A DNA stretch of 31,978 bases from a virus (IMGVR_UViG_3300042885_000687:1-31978); one strand, 5' to 3'; positions 15,353 through 24,249 are shown, counted from the first letter of the stretch. A program made the numbers and translations. The notes: a model not told the origin generated them from the sequence alone.

Positions 15353-17914
15353 ATGAAATTTTTATTGACGTTATTATTGGTACTACCAATACAATTATTA
15401 GCTCAACCATCTGAGACATTTAAAAAAGACTCAGTTAGAAATGTTGAGGGGGTTACAGTTACCTTTAAAATTAATAAAGAATCAACAACAGAACTTGTAA
15501 AACTACAAAGAAATAGTGTTACATCTGTAGACGGAATTAACGCAGAGACCTTTAAGAGAACACCAGACTCTAAGGTCTCTGATGTTTTTAAACGTGTAAG
15601 TGGGATAAGTGTTGTGGATAATAAGTTCGTGGTTGTGAGGGGTCTTAATGATAGATATAACTTCGCATTATTGAACGGACTACCTTTACCAAGTTCGGAA
15701 TCAGATAAGAGATCTTTTTCATTTGATATATTCCCATCAAACATGATTGATAATCTAATGGTAATGAAGACTGCTAGCCCTGATTTACCTGGTGAGTTTG
15801 CCGGTGGTATAATTGATATCAATACTTCCGAACCTAAAAATGAAAATACTCATACAATACAGATTGGTGGATCACATAATACAATTGCAACATTTAGGAA
15901 TTTTAAAACATATGATGTTGAATCTAGAGGGTTACCAAATATTAACGGAACTATTGATTTCCAAAACTTATCAAAACAAGAAAGGTCTGAGGTTGCAAAA
16001 CTAATGGATTTTACTTGGTCAACTAAAGATAGACTTGCGTTACCTAACCCATCTATTCAATATACATTAAGTAGAAACATTAAATTAAAAAAGAAACAAA
16101 CGTTAAGTTTCATTTTAACATATAACTACCAAAACAACTTCAACTATAATAATATTGTTAGAAGAGAGTTTGAGGAACAAGCGACAGGTGTGGTTAAGAA
16201 AATGGAACTAAATGATTCTGTCTTTACTCAGAGTGTTTTGAATAGTGGTATGTTAAATTTGGTTTATAAGATTAATGAAAACAACACCATCAAGTTTAAG
16301 AACATTTATTCCGTAAATTCTGAAGATAAGGTTAACGTTAGAAATGGTGTAAGAGAATTGGATAGTGATCCAAGACAATGGGAAAAGTCTACAAATTTTT
16401 GGTATACTCAAAATAACTTTTTAACTAATCAATTACTTGGGATCCACACGATAAAAGAAAATAAATTTAATTGGAGTGTTGGTTATAGTAATGTTAAAAG
16501 AGACATACCAAACCTAAGGAGAGTAGTTTATAGAAAATACTCTTTAAATGAGGATGATCCAACAGAACAATATGTTGCCGTGGTTCAACAGAATGGTACC
16601 ATACCAACGGCAGCCGGTAATATGTTTTGGTCCGAATCAGATGAAAAAATTATAAGCGCTAGATATGATCTAACAATTCCATTTAAAGAGGTTAATTCAA
16701 TTAAAATCGGTGGATGGAATCAATTTAGAATGAAAGACTTTCAATCAAGAAACTTTGGGTTTTCACAATATAAACCAAACGGTAGTACCTTTAATAGTAA
16801 CTTACTTTTATTACCTATGGATCAAATATTTTCTATTGAGAATATGGGTCTTTTGAGTAATGGTCAGGGTGGTTTTAAATTAGATGAAGCAACCAAAGTG
16901 GATGATAGTTATAATGCGAATTCATTATTAAACTCTTTCTACACTATGGTTGATTACAAATTAGATAAGTGGAGATTTACGGGTGGAGTTAGATTAGAAT
17001 CTTACAATCAAAACTTTAACTACATTGAATTTGGGAGTAACCTAAATAGAAACATTGATACCACTGTGATTGATTTATTACCTTCGGTTAATATAATTTA
17101 TAACTTCAATAAAAAAATGAAGTTAAGAGGAAGTATTAGTCAAACGGTATCAAGACCTGAGTTTAGGGAGTTGGCTCCATTTAACTTCTATAACTTTATA
17201 TTAGATAATATTACATCAGGTAATCCATACTTAAAAAGAACTAAGATAACTAATTGTGATATTAGATATGAAGTTTATCCTGGTAGTGGTCAGATTATAA
17301 GTTTGTCAGGATTTTACAAAAACTTTGATAATCCTATTGAAACTATAAATAGGACTGGAACATCAGGAGCACCTGAGTTATACTTTTCAAACATAGATAG
17401 ATCACAAAGTTTTGGTGGTGAGTTAGAATTTAGATTTAAATTAGGGTTTTTATCTAAAGTTGAAAATCATAAGTTATGGGATCAACTTACACTTTATAGT
17501 AATGTATCTTTAATAAAATCTGTGGTTAACATGGATGAGGTTATAGGTGCGGGGGGTAACAGACCATTACAAGGTCAATCACCATACATCATTAATTCAG
17601 GGTTATTTTACACGAATAAAAAAGAAGATTTTAATATGACATTATCATATAATGTTATTGGACCTAGAATATATATTGTTGGTAATCAACAAGAACCTAG
17701 TGTTTGGGAAAACGGTAGAAATGTTATTGACCTCCAACTATCAAAAACTTATAAAAAGTTTGAATTAAAATTAAACATAAAAGATATATTAGCACAAAAA
17801 CTTATATACTTTCAAGACCTAAATGGTAATCAAAAATATGACACAGAAGATAATAGGTGGCAAGAGATTACTTTTGGTCAAACGGTTTCACTATCGGTTA
17901 GATATAAGTTTTAA
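15353..17914 (+). CDS. TonB-dependent outer-membrane receptor
   Basis: Signal peptide, plug motifs VRGLNDRYN...LNG and VMKTASPDLPGEFAGGII, barrel motifs SRPEFRELAP and GNPYLK, and a terminal Phe (SVRYKF). Confidence 0.93.
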   Translation: MKFLLTLLLVLPIQLLAQPSETFKKDSVRNVEGVTVTFKINKESTTELVKLQRNSVTSVDGINAETFKRTPDSKVSDVFKRVSGISVVDNKFVVVRGLNDRYNFALLNGLPLPSSESDKRSFSFDIFPSNMIDNLMVMKTASPDLPGEFAGGIIDINTSEPKNENTHTIQIGGSHNTIATFRNFKTYDVESRGLPNINGTIDFQNLSKQERSEVAKLMDFTWSTKDRLALPNPSIQYTLSRNIKLKKKQTLSFILTYNYQNNFNYNNIVRREFEEQATGVVKKMELNDSVFTQSVLNSGMLNLVYKINENNTIKFKNIYSVNSEDKVNVRNGVRELDSDPRQWEKSTNFWYTQNNFLTNQLLGIHTIKENKFNWSVGYSNVKRDIPNLRRVVYRKYSLNEDDPTEQYVAVVQQNGTIPTAAGNMFWSESDEKIISARYDLTIPFKEVNSIKIGGWNQFRMKDFQSRNFGFSQYKPNGSTFNSNLLLLPMDQIFSIENMGLLSNGQGGFKLDEATKVDDSYNANSLLNSFYTMVDYKLDKWRFTGGVRLESYNQNFNYIEFGSNLNRNIDTTVIDLLPSVNIIYNFNKKMKLRGSISQTVSRPEFRELAPFNFYNFILDNITSGNPYLKRTKITNCDIRYEVYPGSGQIISLSGFYKNFDNPIETINRTGTSGAPELYFSNIDRSQSFGGELEFRFKLGFLSKVENHKLWDQLTLYSNVSLIKSVVNMDEVIGAGGNRPLQGQSPYIINSGLFYTNKKEDFNMTLSYNVIGPRIYIVGNQQEPSVWENGRNVIDLQLSKTYKKFELKLNIKDILAQKLIYFQDLNGNQKYDTEDNRWQEITFGQTVSLSVRYKF

Positions 17915-17919
17915 AAATT

Positions 17920-17948
17920 AACCCCATTTTCAACAGATGGGGTTTTTT
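17920..17948 (+). terminator. intrinsic terminator (pair A, copy 2)
   Basis: AACCCCATTT-TCAAC-AGATGGGGTT followed by Ts. Confidence 0.88.
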
Positions 17949-17965
17949 ATTTAAAATTAATTTAC

Positions 17966-17973
17966 TATTTTTG
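17966..17973 (+). promoter_or_regulatory. -7 element TATTTTTG, leaderless spacing
   Basis: TATTTTTG-tact-ATG(17978). Confidence 0.65.
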
Positions 17974-17977
17974 TACT

Positions 17978-18091
17978 ATGGTAGGACTTATACTTTTTTT
18001 ACTGATAATAATGGTCTCGGCTTTTATTAGGAAAGTCAATAAAGATAAGGACCACCCTTTTAATAAATTCTTAAATGATAGGAAAGAATAA
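17978..18091 (+). CDS. 37-aa single-TM microprotein (not in the ORF track)
   Basis: MVGLILFLLIIMVSAFIRKVNKDKDHPFNKFLNDRKE, starting at the conserved promoter spacing. Confidence 0.65.
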   Translation: MVGLILFLLIIMVSAFIRKVNKDKDHPFNKFLNDRKE

Positions 18092-18359
18092 AAAAATAGT
18101 TATAAAAAATTTTTTGGATACTCATTACAGTGATTTAGTGTGTAGCCCAAAAAATCTTTGTTATCATAAAGAGGGTGAAGTATATTTTGAGTTCCAACCT
18201 AAAGAAGAAATAATATTTCTTAATTGGATAAAAATGGTGAAACCATTAATTGGAACATTTAATATTAATGACAACGATCCTGAAATATTAAGTGAGTTGT
18301 ATAATATTATGGAGGAATGGTTTAAAGAAGAATATAATGTGGTTGGATCAATAACATAA
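18075..18359 (+). CDS. hypothetical protein, possibly related to the N-domain of 25834..26790
   Basis: 94-aa ORF ending IMEEWFKEEY, compared with YVTEWFESRF in the other protein. Confidence 0.65.
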   Translation: MIGKNKKIVIKNFLDTHYSDLVCSPKNLCYHKEGEVYFEFQPKEEIIFLNWIKMVKPLIGTFNINDNDPEILSELYNIMEEWFKEEYNVVGSIT

Positions 18360-18364
18360 AAAAA

Positions 18365-18949
18365 ATGAAAGTATTATTTTTAGATAACGATGGTGTAATT
18401 TGTCTCTCTAATAATTGGGGCGGACGAAAGAAAAAATGGGCAAAATACCGTTCAGCAAATCCTGATTCATCACCAAATGTGAAGGAAGCACCTGTTGAAT
18501 ATCGTTTTGATGATTTTGATAAGAAGGCTATCAAGTTATTAAATGAGATTGTTGAAGAAACAGGATGTGAAATTGTTGTAAGTTCAGATTGGAAACTACA
18601 CGCTACACTTGAAGAACTTGGTGATTACTACGAAAGTCAAGGTATTACTAAACGACCAATTGCGTTAACGCCAAACATTCAGAATTGTACTGCACATAGT
18701 GATTTATTTATATGGTCACCACGATGGGAGTTAGAACAAACACGAACCGTTGAGATTCAACAATACCTACACGATCATCCTGAGGTTACTCACTGGGTTT
18801 CAGTTGATGACCTTGATATGGGTAAGAATGGCGAACCTTGGAAAGATGATTGGGCAATTAGTAATTTCGTTTTAACTCCAAAGTCTAATGAGGGACTTAA
18901 ACAATGTGGGGTTAAAGAAAAGATTATTAAATTTTTGAAAGATGAATAA
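18365..18949 (+). CDS. HAD-superfamily phosphatase (Swiss-Army-knife RNA-repair HAD-like)
   Basis: Motifs FLDNDGV, IVVSSDWK, EIQQYL and WVSVDDL. Confidence 0.85.
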   Translation: MKVLFLDNDGVICLSNNWGGRKKKWAKYRSANPDSSPNVKEAPVEYRFDDFDKKAIKLLNEIVEETGCEIVVSSDWKLHATLEELGDYYESQGITKRPIALTPNIQNCTAHSDLFIWSPRWELEQTRTVEIQQYLHDHPEVTHWVSVDDLDMGKNGEPWKDDWAISNFVLTPKSNEGLKQCGVKEKIIKFLKDE

Positions 18950-19328
18950 AGAAGAAATGGATAAGTTTTTGGAATCGATAGGTGGTCTTGAGAATGGATA
19001 TTATTCAGATAGACCACCTATTAAGGGGTCTGGGTTCTTTAGTGTTGGTGTTGGGTGGTATCCGTTAATTAAGGATCTAATAAGTGATCTAATAGAGTTA
19101 GGTTGGGACAAACAAACTTGTCAGGTTAAAGAAAAGTTTGGTGGATTAAGATTTTATATTAATGGTGCTTCAGATGGGGTACATAAAAGAATAGGGGTTG
19201 CGGAGAAACTAAGTTATGAAACTTGTGAGACCTGTGGAGAAAAGGGAGAATTAAGAACAAATATAGGTTGGTACACAACATTATGTGATAAACACTATGA
19301 AGAACATAAATCAAATATTCAAAAATAA
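18942..19328 (+). CDS. phage-type hypothetical protein with a C-terminal Zn-finger-like motif
   Basis: QVKEKFGGLRFY...CETCG...TLCDKH. Confidence 0.75.
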   Translation: MNKEEMDKFLESIGGLENGYYSDRPPIKGSGFFSVGVGWYPLIKDLISDLIELGWDKQTCQVKEKFGGLRFYINGASDGVHKRIGVAEKLSYETCETCGEKGELRTNIGWYTTLCDKHYEEHKSNIQK

Positions 19329-19611
19329 TAAACATCTGATGGATGAACCTGAAGTTCAGGAACTTGTTGATTATACAAGAGAACTTGAGGAAATGGTACT
19401 TCAAAGAAAGATTGAAGATTCATACGATAAGGAACATATGTTAAAAACCATGTTATCTGACATACTAACAAGTTGTCGTGATATGGAAGAAACGAATAAA
19501 ATGTCTGAAAGATATCCTGATATGTATGAGAAATCTGATGCCGAATCTTTAGTTAAAAATTTAAAGAATTATATTATGGATATGAATTATAAGAATAATT
19601 TAAGAATATGA
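19297..19611 (+). CDS. hypothetical helical protein (start uncertain, 19285 or 19297)
   Basis: Open frame overlapping its neighbours, with ATGA overlap downstream. Confidence 0.65.
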   Translation: MKNINQIFKNNKHLMDEPEVQELVDYTRELEEMVLQRKIEDSYDKEHMLKTMLSDILTSCRDMEETNKMSERYPDMYEKSDAESLVKNLKNYIMDMNYKNNLRI

Positions 19612-19919
19612 ATAAGATAACGTTGAGTGAGAATTGTTTTGGTGTTGATGTAGAGATAGATGATGAATCTTTATTTACTCACGAATATGAAAAAAGAACT
19701 CCTGAGTATGTTAGTGATCTACAGGATAAAATGATTGATTATTTAAAAGTAATAAAAAATAAATTAAGTATGAATGATTGGGGTGAAATTGCCCAAATGA
19801 TTATAGATAAAGGTGATGAGTTTGAGTATGACGTTGAAAATTCAATGGACTACCAACCTTGTGATCAATGTGGTAATTGGAATCATAATCATATATATAA
19901 CAGAAAGAAAAATGACTAG
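19608..19919 (+). CDS. hypothetical acidic protein with a CxxC knuckle
   Basis: PCDQCG near the C-terminus. Confidence 0.7.
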   Translation: MNKITLSENCFGVDVEIDDESLFTHEYEKRTPEYVSDLQDKMIDYLKVIKNKLSMNDWGEIAQMIIDKGDEFEYDVENSMDYQPCDQCGNWNHNHIYNRKKND

Positions 19920-20214
19920 AGTAAAATTATTTGTAATTGATGAAAAACCATATCTTGGATCAACTGAAGAGATATTTGTTGGAGATGAGGCAATTGTAAC
20001 CGTGAACGGACAATACCCAATGATTGTTAAATGTGAGAACGAGATCGTATTAAATTTGATTAAGGATCCTAAATTAACTTTAACTAGAAGTTTTAAGATC
20101 CATACTAAACCTGAGAGATTGAATTTAACTCCGGAAGATATTGATAAAATATTATCGGTAGACGAAGGTGTGTGTGAAGTTGAAATGGTTAATGGTGGCA
20201 TCAAATTTGTATAA
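19912..20214 (+). CDS. hypothetical protein, 100 aa (start revised from 19813)
   Basis: ATG 19912 has an A-rich context and overlaps the previous stop by 8 nt. Confidence 0.65.
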   Translation: MTRVKLFVIDEKPYLGSTEEIFVGDEAIVTVNGQYPMIVKCENEIVLNLIKDPKLTLTRSFKIHTKPERLNLTPEDIDKILSVDEGVCEVEMVNGGIKFV

Positions 20215-20223
20215 ACATCTATT

Positions 20224-20325
20224 ATGCAAAAATTAGAAAGTATTATACAAATCACATCAATGTTATTAACATTTGTTTTATTAACCATTCATATGGTTGT
20301 GGCAAAAATAAAATCCGAAAAATAA
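20224..20325 (+). CDS. 33-aa hydrophobic microprotein (not in the ORF track)
   Basis: MQKLESIIQITSMLLTFVLLTIHMVVAKIKSEK fills the intergenic gap. Confidence 0.45.
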   Translation: MQKLESIIQITSMLLTFVLLTIHMVVAKIKSEK

Positions 20326-20348
20326 TTTATTTATCCGTTTAAATTTCA

Positions 20349-20356
20349 TATCTTTG
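20349..20356 (+). promoter_or_regulatory. -7 element TATCTTTG
   Basis: Lies 14 nt before ATG 20371. Confidence 0.6.
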
Positions 20357-20370
20357 ATAAAAAATAAGAT

Positions 20371-20604
20371 ATGATAAAAAAGGCCGAAATATTAAGTCAG
20401 GAATTTAAAGTAACATTTGCTCAAGATGCGGATTGTAATTCTACTGAAGATCAGTTCTTAACAATCAAAACCGATAATGGTGGAGGTGGGGATTTCTACG
20501 TCATTGAAACAGAAAGATGGGCTTTTGATTCAATTGATGAGTTAGTTGAGTTAATCAATAAGTTCAAAGAGAAACACGAAAAAATCAAAGAAGAAAATTT
20601 ATGA
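20371..20604 (+). CDS. hypothetical protein
   Basis: 77-aa ORF containing DNGGGGDFYVIETERWAFD. Confidence 0.7.
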   Translation: MIKKAEILSQEFKVTFAQDADCNSTEDQFLTIKTDNGGGGDFYVIETERWAFDSIDELVELINKFKEKHEKIKEENL

Positions 20605-20837
20605 GAAAATTAATTTTAATTATGTTATTGGTCTTAACTGCCTGTACATATAAAGAATATAAATACGAAATTCATGGTAAAGTATACGTACCAACATCAG
20701 GACCAAACCCAATGCACGATGCAATATGGTTTACCGACACAATTAGTTTTGACGGAGACACAATATATTACTTCAATAGTGATGGTTCTGAAGTAAGAAT
20801 TAAACCACCATATATTTTAAAAGAACACAAGAAATGA
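20601..20837 (+). CDS. putative lipoprotein
   Basis: MRKLILIMLLVLTAC lipobox. Confidence 0.7.
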   Translation: MRKLILIMLLVLTACTYKEYKYEIHGKVYVPTSGPNPMHDAIWFTDTISFDGDTIYYFNSDGSEVRIKPPYILKEHKK

Positions 20838-21247
20838 AAATAGGAATAACTTGTTCTTGCTTTGATTTATTTCATGCAGGACACGTAAAAATGTTAGAAG
20901 AGGCAAAAACACAATGTGATTATTTAATTATCGCATTACAAACAGATCCAACAATTGATAGACCTGAAAAGAATAAACCAATACAATCAGTAGTTGAAAG
21001 ATATGTTCAATTAAAAGGTTGTAAATTCGTTGACGAGATCATACCGTATGAAACTGAAAAAGATTTAGAAGACATTTTCAAGACATTAAAATTAGATGTG
21101 AGAATCATTGGTGAAGATTATAAGGGTAAGGATTTTACCGCAAAACAAATATGTTTAGATAGAAGTATTGTACTATACTACAACGAAAGAAAACACAATT
21201 TCTCAAGTACTGAACTTAAAAAAAGAATTAATGGAGGTAAAAAATGA
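20834..21247 (+). CDS. cytidylyltransferase, glycerol-3-phosphate cytidylyltransferase (TagD)-like
   Basis: FDLFHAGH (HxGH), plus ER, GEDY and SSTEL motifs. Confidence 0.9.
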   Translation: MKIGITCSCFDLFHAGHVKMLEEAKTQCDYLIIALQTDPTIDRPEKNKPIQSVVERYVQLKGCKFVDEIIPYETEKDLEDIFKTLKLDVRIIGEDYKGKDFTAKQICLDRSIVLYYNERKHNFSSTELKKRINGGKK

Positions 21248-21333
21248 AAGAGAAAGATTTAGAAATAATATTGGTTGGTTTACTTGGAACTGTCGCAATA
21301 GTTTTGTATATTTTGAATTACGTAATACAATAA
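21244..21333 (+). CDS. 29-aa single-TM microprotein (not in the ORF track)
   Basis: MKEKDLEIILVGLLGTVAIVLYILNYVIQ, with ATGA overlap to the previous stop. Confidence 0.55.
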   Translation: MKEKDLEIILVGLLGTVAIVLYILNYVIQ

Positions 21334-21349
21334 AAGATAAATGAAGTAG

Positions 21350-21571
21350 ATGTTTAAAGTAGAAAGGTTAGGAACATGGGGAGTCATCATACTAACAATG
21401 ATTTATTTGATAGTTATAAACACATTTTTTGAATATGTTATAAACAGAGAAATAAATTCAGTAATCCAAATCGTGGCGGTATTAGTAGCTTTAGCTTACA
21501 CGGTTTTCACATTAAAGCTAATAATTAATTTAGTTTATAATATTATAAAAAAAGAAGAAGAAAATGATTAG
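21350..21571 (+). CDS. two-TM membrane protein
   Basis: Two long hydrophobic segments. Confidence 0.7.
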   Translation: MFKVERLGTWGVIILTMIYLIVINTFFEYVINREINSVIQIVAVLVALAYTVFTLKLIINLVYNIIKKEEEND

Positions 21572-22517
21572 TACATTAATTTTTATTACAGGTTTAATTG
21601 CGGCAATCCTCATTGCATTAAAAACACGAGGAACTATGTTTAAAGTTGAAGCAGACCGATGGGGAGACAACAGAGAAACATTTCAAACAAGTTGGTTAAT
21701 CAAACCTATCGGGGTTTTTGTGTTCAGTTTAATTTTATCAATGATCCAACCATTTGCCCTTGAGAAAGTGGATAGTGGGTACAAAGGATTAAAAGTTAGT
21801 TTGGTTGGATCTCAACGTGGGGTAACAAACTACCAGTACAAAACAGGATGGGTGGTTTATAATACTTGGACAGAACAAATGTTAGAGTTTCCTACGTTCC
21901 AACAACACATTGAGTATGATGACCAACAAGTAATTACAAAAGGTGGATTCCCAGCAACTATTAAACCAACATTTAACTACTCTTTGAAAGAGGCAAATAT
22001 TGGAGATATGTTCGTGAATTTACGATTGGATGTAAAACAAGTTGAACAAGGATGGTTGAAAAACGCGATCATCGGAGCCGTGAATGACGTGGCTAACACT
22101 TGGGAAGTTGATAGTATCTTTGGACACAGACAAGCATTTGAAGCATCAATCGTTGCTGAGTGTAATGTGAGGTTATCTAAATGGTTTAACGTATCACAAT
22201 TACGTACCAACATCACACCACCTGAAGCGTTACAGGAATCTATTATTGCTAAAACAAAGGCGATCCAACAAGCTGAGGCTTCTGAACAACAAGCGTTAAC
22301 TGCAATTGCTGAAGGTAAACGTAAAGTTGCGGTGGCTCGAGCTGACTCTGCGGAAATGATCATTAATGCTTATGCTGCGGCACAAGCAATCAAGATTAAA
22401 CAAAATCAGATTACTCCAATGTATATTGAGTATTTGAAAGCACAGGCTTGGGATGGGAAATTACCAACAACAATGGCAGGTAGTAGTGGAATGTTTTTGA
22501 ACTTAAATAAAAACTAA
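21564..22517 (+). CDS. SPFH / band-7 (prohibitin-like) membrane protein
   Basis: Two N-terminal TMs, KVDSGYKGLKV, YNTWTE...EFPTF, and an Ala/Glu/Gln-rich coiled coil ending WDGKLP. Confidence 0.88.
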   Translation: MISTLIFITGLIAAILIALKTRGTMFKVEADRWGDNRETFQTSWLIKPIGVFVFSLILSMIQPFALEKVDSGYKGLKVSLVGSQRGVTNYQYKTGWVVYNTWTEQMLEFPTFQQHIEYDDQQVITKGGFPATIKPTFNYSLKEANIGDMFVNLRLDVKQVEQGWLKNAIIGAVNDVANTWEVDSIFGHRQAFEASIVAECNVRLSKWFNVSQLRTNITPPEALQESIIAKTKAIQQAEASEQQALTAIAEGKRKVAVARADSAEMIINAYAAAQAIKIKQNQITPMYIEYLKAQAWDGKLPTTMAGSSGMFLNLNKN

Positions 22518-22522
22518 TTAAT

Positions 22523-22741
22523 ATGCAGACATTAGTTTTTAATACGAGAACAAAAACGGTTCAATTGTTGGATGGTCGTAGAGAAGGATCTAATACTATT
22601 GAATATTTTGAAAATGTACCGACAGTGAAAATTGAACAAGGGTATTATGAAGTCATGAAAAAAATGGATGAGGAATCTACCACAGTTATTCCTGTCTTAA
22701 GAGTACCAATTTCAAACACAAACATGGTTATTATTAAATAA
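22523..22741 (+). CDS. hypothetical protein
   Basis: 72-aa beta-rich ORF before a terminator. Confidence 0.7.
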   Translation: MQTLVFNTRTKTVQLLDGRREGSNTIEYFENVPTVKIEQGYYEVMKKMDEESTTVIPVLRVPISNTNMVIIK

Positions 22742-22759
22742 TCAAACTTATTTTAGTAG

Positions 22760-22787
22760 AAACCCCAATCTTAGGTTGGGGTTTTTT
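22760..22787 (+). terminator. intrinsic terminator (pair B, copy 1)
   Basis: AAACCCCAATC-TTA-GGTTGGGGTTT followed by Ts. Confidence 0.88.
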
Positions 22788-22800
22788 ATTTTAAAATTTG

Positions 22801-22808
22801 TATTTATA
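22801..22808 (+). promoter_or_regulatory. TATTTATA putative late-type promoter
   Basis: Lies between the terminator and ATG 22823. Confidence 0.6.
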
Positions 22809-22822
22809 TAAAAAACAACTAT

Positions 22823-23437
22823 ATGAGAAACTACGTGGACTTATCATCTTATTATCCCACTGAGATTAATTTCGGTAAATACAATTTAATACAAACTACC
22901 GGTAAAATGGTGTCGGCTCAGAATATAATAAACTTCTATGGGAAGGGTAATTTTGTTAATGAGTTTCCAACACAATACACTCTTAGAAGAAATCAAAATG
23001 AATATGTAATGGATAGTGGACCATTTGAAATGGTAACAAATAAAAATTTTTTAGATAACGTTAATGGTGATGTATTAATAGTTGGTTTAGGTATTGGTTT
23101 AATAGTGTATCCTTTATTAAATGATATTAATATTAATTCTATAACCATTCTTGAGATTGATCAGGATATTATAGATTACATTGGTGGTATATTAAAAGAA
23201 AACGATTCTTTAAATAAGGTTACAATTGTTAAAGGTGATGTTTTCCAATACCACACTTTAATACCAACACAAAAATTTGATTATATATATTTTGATTTCT
23301 GGGATGCTTTAACTAATGATGCTTACGATGAAATGACAACATTAAAACAATTATATGGTAACAATTTAAAAAACTCTAGTAGTACCATACATTGTTGGTG
23401 TGAAGATATAAAGGACTTACTTATTTTAGAAATTTAA
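22823..23437 (+). CDS. class I SAM-dependent methyltransferase-fold protein (spermidine-synthase-like)
   Basis: VLIVGLGIG, ILEIDQDII, GDVF and FDYIYFDFW. Confidence 0.85.
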   Translation: MRNYVDLSSYYPTEINFGKYNLIQTTGKMVSAQNIINFYGKGNFVNEFPTQYTLRRNQNEYVMDSGPFEMVTNKNFLDNVNGDVLIVGLGIGLIVYPLLNDININSITILEIDQDIIDYIGGILKENDSLNKVTIVKGDVFQYHTLIPTQKFDYIYFDFWDALTNDAYDEMTTLKQLYGNNLKNSSSTIHCWCEDIKDLLILEI

Positions 23438-23441
23438 CACT

Positions 23442-23472
23442 AACCCCAGTCTTTTTTAGGTTGGGGTTTTTT
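23442..23472 (+). terminator. intrinsic terminator (pair B, copy 2)
   Basis: AACCCCAGTCT-TTTTT-AGGTTGGGGTT followed by Ts. Confidence 0.85.
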
Positions 23473-23489
23473 ATTTAGAAAAAAAATAC

Positions 23490-23497
23490 TATATTTG
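23490..23497 (+). promoter_or_regulatory. -7 element TATATTTG, leaderless spacing
   Basis: TATATTTG-taat-ATG(23502). Confidence 0.7.
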
Positions 23498-23501
23498 TAA
23501 T

Positions 23502-24230
23502 ATGTTTAAATTCTATGAAGTCGGGGGTAAAATTAGGGATGAGATTTTAGGTCTTCAATCCAAGGATGTGGACTATGTTGCGGTCCCAAGCGAATCCTTA
23601 TTGGAAAAGTATAAAAGTGCTCACGAAATGTTTGTGGTATTGGAGACATTTCTTTTAAATGAAAAGTTTGAGATATTCCTATCAACACCTGATTGTTTTA
23701 CCATCAGAGCAAAGTTCCCGAAGGATCACAAGTATCAGGGAGTTGCAGACTTCGTAATGGCTCGTAAAGAGATTGGGTACATGGAAGGAACAAGAACTCC
23801 GATCGTTATACCAGGAACCCTTAAAGACGATTTAGAACGTAGAGACTTTACCGTCAATGCAATGGCTAAAGGGGATGATGGTAAGATCATTGATTTATTT
23901 GATGGAATGAATGATTTAAAACGAATGGTTCTTATAACTCCACTACCACCTGAGCAAACATTTAATGATGATCCACTTCGTGTTTTAAGGGCGGTAAGAT
24001 TTGCAATCACAAAAGGGTTCAGTTTAAAATTTTTAGATTACTACATCAACAACTATGATTATGAAAATAAGATGAGTGTAGTATCAACAGATAGGATCCG
24101 TGAAGAATTATATAAGTGCTTCAAACACGATACGATGGGTACGTTAGATATGTTGAATGACTACCCAACTTTAAAGAGATATATATTTGAGAATAAATTA
24201 ATGTGGTTAAAACCTACTAACGAACAATAA
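23502..24230 (+). CDS. tRNA nucleotidyltransferase (CCA-adding / poly(A) polymerase family), compact form
   Basis: VGGKIRD, KDVDY, DLERRDFTVNAMA and DDPLRVLRAVRF. Confidence 0.92.
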   Translation: MFKFYEVGGKIRDEILGLQSKDVDYVAVPSESLLEKYKSAHEMFVVLETFLLNEKFEIFLSTPDCFTIRAKFPKDHKYQGVADFVMARKEIGYMEGTRTPIVIPGTLKDDLERRDFTVNAMAKGDDGKIIDLFDGMNDLKRMVLITPLPPEQTFNDDPLRVLRAVRFAITKGFSLKFLDYYINNYDYENKMSVVSTDRIREELYKCFKHDTMGTLDMLNDYPTLKRYIFENKLMWLKPTNEQ

Positions 24231-24237
24231 AAATTAT

Positions 24238-24245
24238 TATATTTG
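24238..24245 (+). promoter_or_regulatory. -7 element TATATTTG, leaderless spacing
   Basis: TATATTTG-tgat-ATG(24250). Confidence 0.7.
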
Positions 24246-24249
24246 TGAT

